From the NCBI GenBank assembly GCA_964399635.1, contig CAYNRU010000029.1, positions 879 to 64,878 of the forward strand: 64,000 nucleotides of DNA. The letters are read 5' to 3'. Of this stretch, positions 9,923-18,836 are shown piece after piece. Numbering within the stretch: position 1 is the stretch's first letter; each line of letters starts with the position of its first letter. Origin of the DNA: an uncultured Bordetella sp. Lineage in GTDB: Bacteria; Pseudomonadota; Gammaproteobacteria; Burkholderiales; Burkholderiaceae_E. A program made the translations under genes and the position numbers. Under the pieces are notes generated by a model. That model made no database searches, had not been told where the DNA came from, and saw only the letters and a program-made list of their open reading frames with translations.

Positions 9923-11146
9923 ATGACGGACGAACGAGCGATGGACGACCTCGAAACCTTCGACGTGGTGGTGGTGGGCGGCGGGCCGGCCGGCGCGACC
10001 GCCGCGCACGAGCTGGCGTGCAAGGGCCGCAAGGTGCTGCTGCTGGACCGGGCGGGCCGCATCAAGCCCTGCGGTGGCGCGATCCCGCCCAGGCTGATCA
10101 AGGACTACGCGATCCCCGACGCGCTGCTGGTGGCGCGCGCCAAGTCGGCGCGGATGGTCGCCCCGAGCGACGTCCGGGTCGACATACCGATCGAGGGCGG
10201 CTTCGTGGGGATGGTCGATCGCGATCAGTTCGACGAGTGGCTGCGCGAGCGCGCGGTCGCCGCGGGCGCAGTGCGGCGCACCGGCCTGTTCGAGAAGCTC
10301 GAGCGCGGCGCCGACGGCATCAACGTGCTGCACTACCGGCTGCGCGAGAAGCTGCGCCCCGGCGAGGGCACCCCGGCACGCGTGCGCGCGCTGACCGTGA
10401 TCGGCGCCGACGGCGCGAAGTCCGGCGTCGCCCGCCAGGCGGTTCCCGGCGCGGAGAACACCAAGTACGTGTTCGCGTATCACGAGATCGTCGCCGCACC
10501 CGCCACCAAGCCGGCCGGCTACGACGGCACGCGCTGCGACGTGTTCTACCAGGGCAAGCTGTCGCCCGACTTCTACGGTTGGGTGTTCCCGCACGGCGAC
10601 ACGCTGTCGATCGGGACCGGCAGCGCCGACAAGGGCTTCTCGCTGCGCAGCGCGGTGGGCTCGCTGCGCGAGCACGTGGGCCTCGCCGACGCGCAGACGC
10701 TGCGTCGCGAAGGCGCGCCGCTGCCGATGAAGCCGCTCAAGCGCTGGGACAACGGGCGCGACGTCGTGCTCGCGGGCGACGCCGCCGGCGTGGTCGCGCC
10801 GGCCTCCGGCGAAGGCATCTACTACGCGATGGTCGGCGGCACGCTCGCGGCCGACGCGGTGGACGGGCTGCTGCGCACCGGCGACGTCCGCTCGCTCGCC
10901 ACCGCCCGCCGCCGCTTCATGAAGGCGCACGGCAAGGTCTTCTGGGTGCTGGGGATCATGCAGCGCTTCTGGTACTCGAGCGACCGGCGGCGCGAGCGCT
11001 TCGTGAGCATCTGCAAGGACCGCGACGTCCAGCAGCTGACCTTCGAGTCCTACATGAACAAGGCGCTGGCCCGCAAGAAGCCGATGGCGCACGTGCGCAT
11101 CTTCTTCAAGGACGTGGCCCACCTGCTGGGGCTCGCGCGGGTCTGA
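9923..11146 (+). CDS. bchP: Geranylgeranyl diphosphate/bacteriochlorophyll reductase
   Basis: ATG 9923 in the frame of track ORF 8777..11146. FDVVVVGGGPAGATAAHELA...KPCGGAIP motif. Confidence 0.9.
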   Translation: MTDERAMDDLETFDVVVVGGGPAGATAAHELACKGRKVLLLDRAGRIKPCGGAIPPRLIKDYAIPDALLVARAKSARMVAPSDVRVDIPIEGGFVGMVDRDQFDEWLRERAVAAGAVRRTGLFEKLERGADGINVLHYRLREKLRPGEGTPARVRALTVIGADGAKSGVARQAVPGAENTKYVFAYHEIVAAPATKPAGYDGTRCDVFYQGKLSPDFYGWVFPHGDTLSIGTGSADKGFSLRSAVGSLREHVGLADAQTLRREGAPLPMKPLKRWDNGRDVVLAGDAAGVVAPASGEGIYYAMVGGTLAADAVDGLLRTGDVRSLATARRRFMKAHGKVFWVLGIMQRFWYSSDRRRERFVSICKDRDVQQLTFESYMNKALARKKPMAHVRIFFKDVAHLLGLARV

Positions 11147-11151
11147 GCACC

Positions 11152-11439
11152 GTGGCCGAGCTCGTCACCGGCCCACGCCTGGTCGAGCTCGCGATGGCGG
11201 TGACGCTGCTCGAGGTCGTGGTGCTGCTGCTGCGCAGGCGCGCCACCGGGCGCGGCCCCGCGCCGCGCGAGTACCTGCCCAACGCCGTCTCGGGCCTGTG
11301 CCTGATGGTCGCGCTGCATGCGTCGCTCGGCGACGCAGGATGGCCCTGGCTTGCGGGGCCGCTCGCCGCCGCCGGCCTCGCGCACGCCGTCGACATCTGG
11401 CTGCGTATCGCGACCGAGGAGCCGCGCCCGCTCCGCTGA
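11152..11439 (+). CDS. Small hydrophobic protein (about 95 aa), unknown function
   Basis: GTG 11152 is 6 nt after the bchP stop (ATG 11194 alternative). Two or three hydrophobic segments and very high GC3. Confidence 0.5.
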   Translation: MAELVTGPRLVELAMAVTLLEVVVLLLRRRATGRGPAPREYLPNAVSGLCLMVALHASLGDAGWPWLAGPLAAAGLAHAVDIWLRIATEEPRPLR

Positions 11440-11614
11440 CCCGCCGCACCGGGTCCGCGGCCCTCACCGCGATCCGGTATCGTCGACGTCCTCACCCCAT
11501 ACCGATACCTGGGCAACACCTGCATGAACCGCCGTTGGCTGCTCGAGAAGTCCACCGTCGCCAACCGCGGCGGGCGCGACCCGAGCCTGCGGATCATCTG
11601 AAGGACACGCTGCC

Positions 11615-12934
11615 GTGACCCGCCCCAACCTGATCTTCATCGTCGCCGACGACCTCGGCTATGCGGACCTCGGCTGCTATGGCGGACGCGAGGCCCGATT
11701 CGGCCCGGTGTCGCCGGTGCTCGACGGACTGGCCGAGCGTGGCATCCGCTTCACGCAGGGCTACTCCAACGCGCCGGTCTGCTCGCCCACGCGCTTCGCG
11801 CTGATGACCGGGCGCTACCAGTACCGGCTGCGCGGCGCGGCCGAGGAGCCGATCAACAGCTCGAGCCGCGGCAGCCCCGTGCTCGGGCTGCCGCCGGAGC
11901 ACCCGACCCTGCCCTCGCTGCTGCGCCAGGCGGGCTACCGGACCGCGCTGATCGGCAAGTGGCACCTCGGCTACCCGCCGGCCTTCGGCCCGCTGCGCTC
12001 GGGCTACGACGCGTTCTATGGGCCGCTGGCCGGCGGCGTCGACTACTTCTCGCACCGCGACTCGCGCGGCAACGACGACCTGTGGGACGACGCCTCGCCG
12101 TGCGCCGACGACGGCTACCTGACCGACCTGATCTCGCGCCGCGCGGTGGACTTCGTCGATCGCATGGCCAGGGACCCGGGCCGCCCGTTCATGATCAGCC
12201 TGCACTACACGGCGCCGCACTGGCCGTGGGAGACGCGCGACGACCGCGCGGTCTCGCCCGAGGTCGCGAAGAACCTGTTTCACCTGCACGGCGGCAGCGT
12301 CGAGACCTACCGGCGGATGATCCACCACATGGACGAGGGCATCGGCACGCTGATGGCGGCCCTGCGCCGCCACGCGATGGACGCGAACACGCTGGTCGTC
12401 TTCACCAGCGACAACGGCGGCGAGCGCTTCTCGGACAACTGGCCGCTGGTGGGCGGCAAGATGGACCTCACCGAGGGCGGCATCCGCGTGCCCTGGATCG
12501 CGCACTGGCCCTCGGTCATCGCGCCGGGCGGCGTCAGCGCCCAGCACTGCATGACGATGGACTGGAGCGCGACACTGCTCGATGCCGCGGGCGTCGCGCC
12601 CGATCCCGCCTTCCCGCTCGACGGGGTGTCGATGCTGCCGGTGCTGCGCGACGCGTCGCACCGCTTCGCGCGGCCGATGCACTGGCGGATGAAGCACCGC
12701 GGGCAGCGCGCGATGCGCGACGGCGACCTCAAGTACCTTCGGGTCGACGGCCACGACTACCTGTTCGACGTCGTCGCCGATGCGCGCGAGCGCGCCAACC
12801 TCGGCGGGCGTCAGCCCGCGCAGCTGGCCGCGATGCGCGACGCCTGGCAGGCCTGGAACGACTCGATGCCGTCGATCCCGCCGGACGCGACGGTCAGCCT
12901 CGGCTACTCGGACGCGGACATGCCGCAGCGCTGA
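11615..12934 (+). CDS. Sulfatase (arylsulfatase A family), no signal peptide
   Basis: LIFIVADDLGYADLGCYG and formylglycine motif CSPTRFALMTGRY. Confidence 0.85.
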   Translation: MTRPNLIFIVADDLGYADLGCYGGREARFGPVSPVLDGLAERGIRFTQGYSNAPVCSPTRFALMTGRYQYRLRGAAEEPINSSSRGSPVLGLPPEHPTLPSLLRQAGYRTALIGKWHLGYPPAFGPLRSGYDAFYGPLAGGVDYFSHRDSRGNDDLWDDASPCADDGYLTDLISRRAVDFVDRMARDPGRPFMISLHYTAPHWPWETRDDRAVSPEVAKNLFHLHGGSVETYRRMIHHMDEGIGTLMAALRRHAMDANTLVVFTSDNGGERFSDNWPLVGGKMDLTEGGIRVPWIAHWPSVIAPGGVSAQHCMTMDWSATLLDAAGVAPDPAFPLDGVSMLPVLRDASHRFARPMHWRMKHRGQRAMRDGDLKYLRVDGHDYLFDVVADARERANLGGRQPAQLAAMRDAWQAWNDSMPSIPPDATVSLGYSDADMPQR

Positions 12935-12941
12935 GGCTGGG

Positions 12942-13247
12942 CTACAGGTCCCGGAACAGACCCCGGGGCAGCTCGATCGGGTCGCCGCGGACGCCGGCGT
13001 TGAAGGCACGCGACGCGACCGCGAAGATCGAGGGCTTGCGGTGCTCGAAGATCGGCATCAGCGCCGCTGACGGCGAGCTGTCGCGACCGAGCGCGCGCAG
13101 CGTGTCGGCGTCGATCGAGAAGCGGTGCTGCTCGCCATCGTCGCCGGTGCCGTCGAACTCGACGCGATCGCTGAGCGGACGGATGGCAGTGAACTTGATC
13201 GCTGCCGAATGGCGGCGCCCCGGCTCGTGGTTGCGCTGATTGTTCAT
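12942..13247 (-). CDS. Small protein, DUF1488-like (tentative)
   Basis: 101-aa ORF with coding-like composition. The family assignment is from memory only. Confidence 0.45.
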   Translation of the reverse strand: MNNQRNHEPGRRHSAAIKFTAIRPLSDRVEFDGTGDDGEQHRFSIDADTLRALGRDSSPSAALMPIFEHRKPSIFAVASRAFNAGVRGDPIELPRGLFRDL

Positions 13248-13395
13248 GTATCGACTCCCTGTAGCCGGTCACCGTACCTGCTGGGCAGCGATTCCCGCAG
13301 CACTGTTACAACTCCGTGGCGCAGGACCGCCGAGAGCCCCTCCACGCCCTGCGTCCGCCGGCGCCCCGCCCGCCCGTCCCGCCTAGAATCCTGCG

Positions 13396-14109
13396 ATGCC
13401 CTCCCCCACGCTGCGCGCGATCACGCTCGACCTCGACGACACGCTCTGGCCGGTCGGCCCCACCCTGGTGGCCGCCGAGCGTGTCCTGACCGACTGGCTC
13501 CAGGCGAACGCGCCGCGCACTGCCGCCCGCAGCGATGCCGACGCGCGGCCGGCCATCCGGCGCGGCCTGCTCGAGATGCATCCCGAGCGCGCCCACGACA
13601 TGAGCTTCCTGCGACGCGAGGGCCTGCGCAGGGCAATGACGCTGGCTGGCGACGATCCCGCGCTGGCCGACGCGGCCTTCGCGGTCTTCCTCGCCGCGCG
13701 CCAGCGCGTGACGCTCTTCGAGGACGTGGTGCCGGTGCTCGAGCGCTGGGCGTCGCGCTACCGGCTGATCGCGGTCAGCAACGGCAACGCCGACGTCGGC
13801 CAGGTGGGCCTGGGCGCCTACTTCGCCGGCGCGGTCAGCGCCCACGAGCTCGGCTGCGCCAAGCCGGATCCGCGCATGTTCCACGAGGCCTGCCGCCTCG
13901 CCGGCGCCGATCCCGCCGAGGTGCTGCACATCGGCGACGACCCCCATCTGGACGTGATCGGCGCCCGCCGGGCGGGCCTGGGCGCCGCCTGGATCCGCCG
14001 GCCGCAGTTCGCGCACCGCCACGCTCCCGACACCTGCGGGCCGGACGTCGACGCCCCCTTCGACGACCTCCACGCGATCGAGGCGATGTTGCGCGGCGCG
14101 CCACGCTAG
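13396..14109 (+). CDS. HAD-superfamily hydrolase
   Basis: Motif I ITLDLDDTLW and motif IV HIGDDPHLDVIGA. Confidence 0.8.
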   Translation: MPSPTLRAITLDLDDTLWPVGPTLVAAERVLTDWLQANAPRTAARSDADARPAIRRGLLEMHPERAHDMSFLRREGLRRAMTLAGDDPALADAAFAVFLAARQRVTLFEDVVPVLERWASRYRLIAVSNGNADVGQVGLGAYFAGAVSAHELGCAKPDPRMFHEACRLAGADPAEVLHIGDDPHLDVIGARRAGLGAAWIRRPQFAHRHAPDTCGPDVDAPFDDLHAIEAMLRGAPR

Positions 14110-14153
14110 CCGACGCGGCAGGGCATCCCCCGCGATCGGGGCACAATGTCGGC

Positions 14154-15002
14154 ATGAAACCCCCGACAAGACTGCTTTCCCTGATCGACGAAGGCTTGAT
14201 CGACAGCGTCGTGCGCCAGCTGATGAGCGGCAAGGAGGCGACCGTCTACGTCGTGCGCTGCGGCGACGACGTGCGCTGCGCCAAGGTCTACAAGGAGGCG
14301 ACCAACCGGAGCTTCCGGCAGGCCGTCGACTACACCGAGAACCGCAAGGTCCGCAACAGCCGCCAGGCCCGCGCGATGGCCAAGGGCACCAAGTTCGGCC
14401 GCCAGGCCCAGGAAGAGGCCTGGCAGAGCGCAGAGGTCGACGCGCTGCACCGGCTGGCCGCCGCCGGCGTGCGCGTGCCCGTGCCCTACAACTTCTGCGA
14501 CGGTGTGCTGATCATGGAGCTGGTCACCGACGCCGACGGCGACGCCGCACCCCGCCTGAACGACGTGCTGTTCTCGCCCGAAGACGCGCGCGCCCACCAC
14601 CGGACCCTGCTCAACGAGGTGGTGCGGATGCTGAGCGCGGGCGTCGTGCACGGCGACCTGTCCGAGTTCAACATCCTGCTCGCCGAGGACGGCCCGGTGA
14701 TCATCGACCTGCCGCAGGCGATCGACGCGGCCGGCAACAACCACGCGCCGCGCATGCTGCTGCGCGACGTCGACAACCTGCGCCATTTCTTCGGCCGCTT
14801 TGCGCCCGAGCTGCTCGCCACCCGCTACGGCCCCGAGATCTGGGACCTGTACCGACGAGGCGTGCTGGAGCCAGACATGCCGCTGACCGGCGAGTTCGAG
14901 ATCGACGAGAGCGACGTCGACCTGCGCGGCGTGCTGCGCGAGATCGAGGACACCCGCCTCGAGCAGGCCGAGCGCGTCGCCCGGATGGCCGAGGCGGGCT
15001 GA
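14154..15002 (+). CDS. RIO1-like serine protein kinase
   Basis: ATG 14154 in the frame of track ORF 13125..15002. GKEATVYVV...AKVYK, VHGDLSEFNILL and IIDLPQA motifs. Confidence 0.75.
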   Translation: MKPPTRLLSLIDEGLIDSVVRQLMSGKEATVYVVRCGDDVRCAKVYKEATNRSFRQAVDYTENRKVRNSRQARAMAKGTKFGRQAQEEAWQSAEVDALHRLAAAGVRVPVPYNFCDGVLIMELVTDADGDAAPRLNDVLFSPEDARAHHRTLLNEVVRMLSAGVVHGDLSEFNILLAEDGPVIIDLPQAIDAAGNNHAPRMLLRDVDNLRHFFGRFAPELLATRYGPEIWDLYRRGVLEPDMPLTGEFEIDESDVDLRGVLREIEDTRLEQAERVARMAEAG

Positions 15003-15078
15003 GCCGGCGCGCGGCGGCTGCTGGCCGGCCCCGCCGGACCCGACCCTCCACCGACATCCCGAGCCCCGCGGCCCGCCC

Positions 15079-16332
15079 ATGCCGGACCACATCCTCGACC
15101 CACGCGCCACGGCGGCCGGCCCCGATCGCGCCGCCGCCGCCCGCGAACGCTTCGCGCGCCGCGAGCCGACGATCCGCGCCTTCGTCGAGGTCGACGACGC
15201 CGCCTGGGCGGTGCTCGACACCGCGGTCGGCCCGCTCGCGGGCCGCTCGCTCGGCGTGAAGGACATCGTCGACGCGCGTGGCATGCCCACGCGCAACGGC
15301 AGCGCCGCCTGCGCGGGCGCGCCGCCCGCCGCCTCGGACGCCGCGGTCGTGGCGGCGCTGCGCCGCGCGGGCGCGGCCGTCGTCGGCAAGACCACCTCGA
15401 CCGAGTTCGCGTTCGTCGATCCCACCGACACCCGCAACCCGCACGACCCCGCGCGTACGCCCGGCGGCTCGAGCAGCGGCTCGGGCGCCGCGGTCGGCGC
15501 GGGCGTGCTCGACATCGGCATCGCGACGCAGACGGCGGGCTCGCTGTGCCGGCCCGCGGCCTACTGCGGTGCGGTCGGCTTCAAGCCCGGCTATGGCCTG
15601 TACCCGATGGACGGGGTGACCGGCCTGTCGCCGAGCTTCGACACGATCGGGGTGATCGTGCGCGACGTCGCGCTCGCCCGGGCCTGCCATCGCGCCATCG
15701 TGGGCGAGACGGGCACGGCGCAGCTGCCCGCGTCATGGTCGGTCGGCCTCGCGCCCATCGACCCGGCCGCGCCGATGACCGCGCCGGTGGTGTCGGCGCG
15801 CGATGCAGCCGTGGCCGCGCTGGCCGGCGCGGGGCACCGGCCCACCGGCACGACGGCGCCCATCGACTTCGCCGCGATCGTCGCGGACCACCGCCGGGTG
15901 ATGCTCAGCGAAGCGGCCCGCCTGCACGGACACCTGCTCGAGTCGGCGGGCGGGCTGCTGCGCCCGGCGTTTTGCGACATGCTGCGCGAGGGCCGCGGCG
16001 TCGATCCGGCCGACGCCGCCGCGGCGCTGCGGCGCCTGCACGACGCACGCAGCGCATTCTGGGACGCGGTGTCAGGCTTCGATGCGCTGATCGCCTGCGC
16101 GGTGCCGGCGGTGGCGCCGCCGCGCGCGGGCGGCACCACCGGCTACCAGCACCTGCTCACGCCCTGGACGGTCTTCGGCGGGCCGCTGGTGGTGTTGCCC
16201 TGGGGCAGCGACAACGACGGCCTGCCGCTGTCCGTGATGCTCGCCGGCGCGCCGGGCACCGAGGCCGCGCTGCTGTCGATGGCCGAGGCGCTCGAGCGCC
16301 TCGCGCCGCCGCTGCGCCGCCCGCCCGAATAG
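15079..16332 (+). CDS. Amidase (amidase-signature family)
   Basis: GGSSSGSGAAV signature and a conserved Ser-cisSer-Lys type context. Confidence 0.85.
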   Translation: MPDHILDPRATAAGPDRAAAARERFARREPTIRAFVEVDDAAWAVLDTAVGPLAGRSLGVKDIVDARGMPTRNGSAACAGAPPAASDAAVVAALRRAGAAVVGKTTSTEFAFVDPTDTRNPHDPARTPGGSSSGSGAAVGAGVLDIGIATQTAGSLCRPAAYCGAVGFKPGYGLYPMDGVTGLSPSFDTIGVIVRDVALARACHRAIVGETGTAQLPASWSVGLAPIDPAAPMTAPVVSARDAAVAALAGAGHRPTGTTAPIDFAAIVADHRRVMLSEAARLHGHLLESAGGLLRPAFCDMLREGRGVDPADAAAALRRLHDARSAFWDAVSGFDALIACAVPAVAPPRAGGTTGYQHLLTPWTVFGGPLVVLPWGSDNDGLPLSVMLAGAPGTEAALLSMAEALERLAPPLRRPPE

Positions 16333-16392
16333 GCGCGGCCTGCGTCGCCTGCGTCGATGCGCAGGGTGAGCCCGCGATGCCGCCGCCGCCGG

Positions 16393-17358
16393 TCACTCCG
16401 CCTTGATGCCCGCGCCCGAGACCACCTGCCCCCAGCGCTGCCACTCGGCGCGGACCATCTCCTGAGCCTGCTGCGGGGTGGAGGTGACGGCCATCACGCC
16501 CCGCTTGGCGAGCGCCTCCTGGATGTCGGGCCGGCCATTCACGGCGTTCAGTGCGCGGTTGAGCCGCGCCATCACCTCGGGCGGCGTCCCCTTGGGCACC
16601 GCCAGCACGTGCCAGCCGCCGATCACCAGGGCCACGCCCTGCTCGGTGGCCGTGGGCAGCTCCGGGGCGCTGGCGTCGCGCCGCGTGCTGGTGACGGCCA
16701 GCAGCCGGATCCGTCCGGCCGCCGCCTGCGGCGCGGCGACCGACAGCGGCACCATGAAGGCCTCGACGTCGCCGGCCGCAACCGCCGTGATCGCGGGTGC
16801 CGCGCCGTTGAACGGCACGTGGACCAGGTCGATACCGGTCTGCTGCTTGAGTTGCTCGAAGGCGATCTGCGAGGTGCTGCCCACGCCCCAGGACGCGAAG
16901 TTCAGCTTGCCCGGCTGCTTCTTCGCATGCTCGACGAACTCCTTCAGTGATGCGACCGGCAGCTTGGGGTTGACCACCAGCGCGAACGGGAAGGTATCGA
17001 CGATACCCACGCTCGGCAGGTCGGTCACCGGGTCGTGACCCATCTTCCGGTAGAGGTGCGGGTTGATCGCATGCGTCTCGGCCGTCCCGAACAACAGGGT
17101 GTAGCCGTCGGGGGCGGCCCGCGCAACGAACTCGCCGCCGATGATCGCGTTGGCGCCGGCCCGGTTCTCCACCACCACGTTCTGCCTGAGGTCCTCCGAC
17201 AGCGCGGTCGCGACGATGCGCGCGACGATGTCGACGTTGCCGCCTGCCGCGAACGGGACGACCACCTTCAGCGGCCTGTCCGGAAAGGCCCCGCCCTGGG
17301 CCATGGCCTGCGCGCAGCACAGCGCGGCCAGCAGGGGGATCAGTCGGGTGATGCGCAT
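16393..17358 (-). CDS. Tripartite tricarboxylate transporter substrate-binding protein (Bug/TctC family)
   Basis: Signal peptide, then the typical FPDRPLKVVVPFAAGGNVDIVARI motif. Confidence 0.85.
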   Translation of the reverse strand: MRITRLIPLLAALCCAQAMAQGGAFPDRPLKVVVPFAAGGNVDIVARIVATALSEDLRQNVVVENRAGANAIIGGEFVARAAPDGYTLLFGTAETHAINPHLYRKMGHDPVTDLPSVGIVDTFPFALVVNPKLPVASLKEFVEHAKKQPGKLNFASWGVGSTSQIAFEQLKQQTGIDLVHVPFNGAAPAITAVAAGDVEAFMVPLSVAAPQAAAGRIRLLAVTSTRRDASAPELPTATEQGVALVIGGWHVLAVPKGTPPEVMARLNRALNAVNGRPDIQEALAKRGVMAVTSTPQQAQEMVRAEWQRWGQVVSGAGIKAE

Positions 17359-17427
17359 CGTTCGTCTCCTGGAATCGTGTGTCGGTCTCGGTCGCGCATC
17401 CCCCGGGTACCGGGGCGGACGCGCGTA

Positions 17428-18162
17428 TCAGCGCAACGCCCGGCTCGCCAGCAGCGACCCGTAGCCGGTCACCGGCGCATCGTGGCCGGCGATCCGCAGC
17501 GCGTGCCACATCATCGCCGACGCGCTCGAGATCACCGGCTTGCCGAGCTCGCGCTCGAGCGACTCTATAGCCTCGATGGTCGGCATGCCGACCCCGCTCA
17601 GGAACACCGCCTGCGCATCCGGCGCATCCACGCGGCGCGCGAGCGCCGCCGCACGCTCGATGGTCTCGTCGTAGATGTTGGTCACGCCCTCCAGACGCCC
17701 GAAGCTCGCCACCTCGAGCCCGTAGGCCTCCAGGTTCGACTTGCACTGCCAGGTCGCCGCCTCACCGTAGGGCGTACCGAAGGCGACGCGACGCACGCCC
17801 AGGTGGGCGAGCGCCGCGATCACGCTGCCAAAGGCGGTCACGAAGCGCAGCCCGGCCGACGACTCCATCCGCGCGACGAGCGCCGCCTCGTCCTCGCGGC
17901 CCAGCGTGTAGCTGGTGGCGGTGTGCGCCAGCACGATCACCGCCGGCCGGACCATCGCCAGCAGCGCGACGTTCTCGGGCAGGTGCGCGATCTGCGTGCG
18001 GTTGCGCGCCTCCTGGCCGTCCAGGCTGCCGGTCGTGCCGTGCGCCACCATCCGCGTGAAGTGCACCGAGACGCCCGGCGGCGTCATCCGGATGACCTCG
18101 GGCTCGGTGGTCGGATTGCCCGGAGGCACCAGGAAGCCGAGCCGGATCCTTGCCTTGCCCAC
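17428..18162 (-). CDS. Asp/Glu/hydantoin-racemase-family enzyme (maleate isomerase or arylmalonate decarboxylase-like)
   Basis: RLGFLVPPGNPTTEPE N-terminus and overall size of 244 aa. Confidence 0.7.
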   Translation of the reverse strand: MGKARIRLGFLVPPGNPTTEPEVIRMTPPGVSVHFTRMVAHGTTGSLDGQEARNRTQIAHLPENVALLAMVRPAVIVLAHTATSYTLGREDEAALVARMESSAGLRFVTAFGSVIAALAHLGVRRVAFGTPYGEAATWQCKSNLEAYGLEVASFGRLEGVTNIYDETIERAAALARRVDAPDAQAVFLSGVGMPTIEAIESLERELGKPVISSASAMMWHALRIAGHDAPVTGYGSLLASRALR

Positions 18163-18284
18163 GATGACCCGCTCCTCGTCCGATGCCGCGCCAGGAGTCC
18201 CGATGATAGCCGCAGCCGAAACCTCGAAAAGTGCCTCAAGTCCGCCGGGCGGCGGCCGACAACACCTTGAACAGGAGCACTCCC

Positions 18285-18596
18285 ATGGGCTTTTCGACCA
18301 GTATCGACGGAATCGGCACGGCGATGCGCAGCCTCGATCGGGCGGCCTTCGACATCGCGCGGGCGAGCAGCCAGCGCGGCGGCCTGCCCGCTCCGCCGGA
18401 CCCGGCGGGCACCGCGCCGCCGCCCGCGCCGGCAGCCGTGGCGCCCGTGCCCGCCCTGCCCTCGCAGGCGAGCCCGGAGGTCGACCTGCCGCGCTCGATG
18501 GTGGACATGATCTCGGCGAGCAATTCAGTGATGGCGAACCTGCAGGCGATCCGGCGGACCGACGAGAGCCTGAAGGCGATCCTCGCGCTGCGCTGA
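18285..18596 (+). CDS. Small protein with a flagellar basal-body-rod-like C-terminal motif
   Basis: ATG 18285 is preceded by CAGGAG. The C-terminus VDLPRSMVDMISASNSVMANLQAIRRTDESLKAILAL resembles the conserved rod/hook C-terminal segment. A Pro/Ala-rich linker lies in the middle. There is no flagellar context. Confidence 0.5.
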   Translation: MGFSTSIDGIGTAMRSLDRAAFDIARASSQRGGLPAPPDPAGTAPPPAPAAVAPVPALPSQASPEVDLPRSMVDMISASNSVMANLQAIRRTDESLKAILALR

Positions 18597-18634
18597 GGCG
18601 CGAGCCCTAACCATCCGTCGAGGTCCGGGGCGCG

Positions 18635-18793
18635 TCAGCGCCGGACGGAGCGTCGGGCGACGCCTCCGACGTTGCCCGCCACGCCAGGCTGATTCAGGCC
18701 CGGATCGACCGCGACAGCCGGGCCGGCCAGCCCCATCAGCATGGCGGCGCCTGTCGCGAGGGCCGCAGCATGCCGCCTGGAGGGGTGCTTCAT
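18635..18793 (-). CDS. Possible 52-aa exported peptide with a twin-arginine-type signal
   Basis: MKHPSRRHAAALATGAAMLMGLAGPAVA/VDPG.... This is the C-terminal part of a longer, implausible track ORF (18635..19273). GC3 is high but the RBS is weak. It is the last ORF of the sulfatase operon. Confidence 0.3.
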   Translation of the reverse strand: MKHPSRRHAAALATGAAMLMGLAGPAVAVDPGLNQPGVAGNVGGVARRSVRR

Positions 18794-18836
18794 CGGCGGC
18801 CTACGGTCGACGTGTCCGCTTCGGTCATGGTGATGG

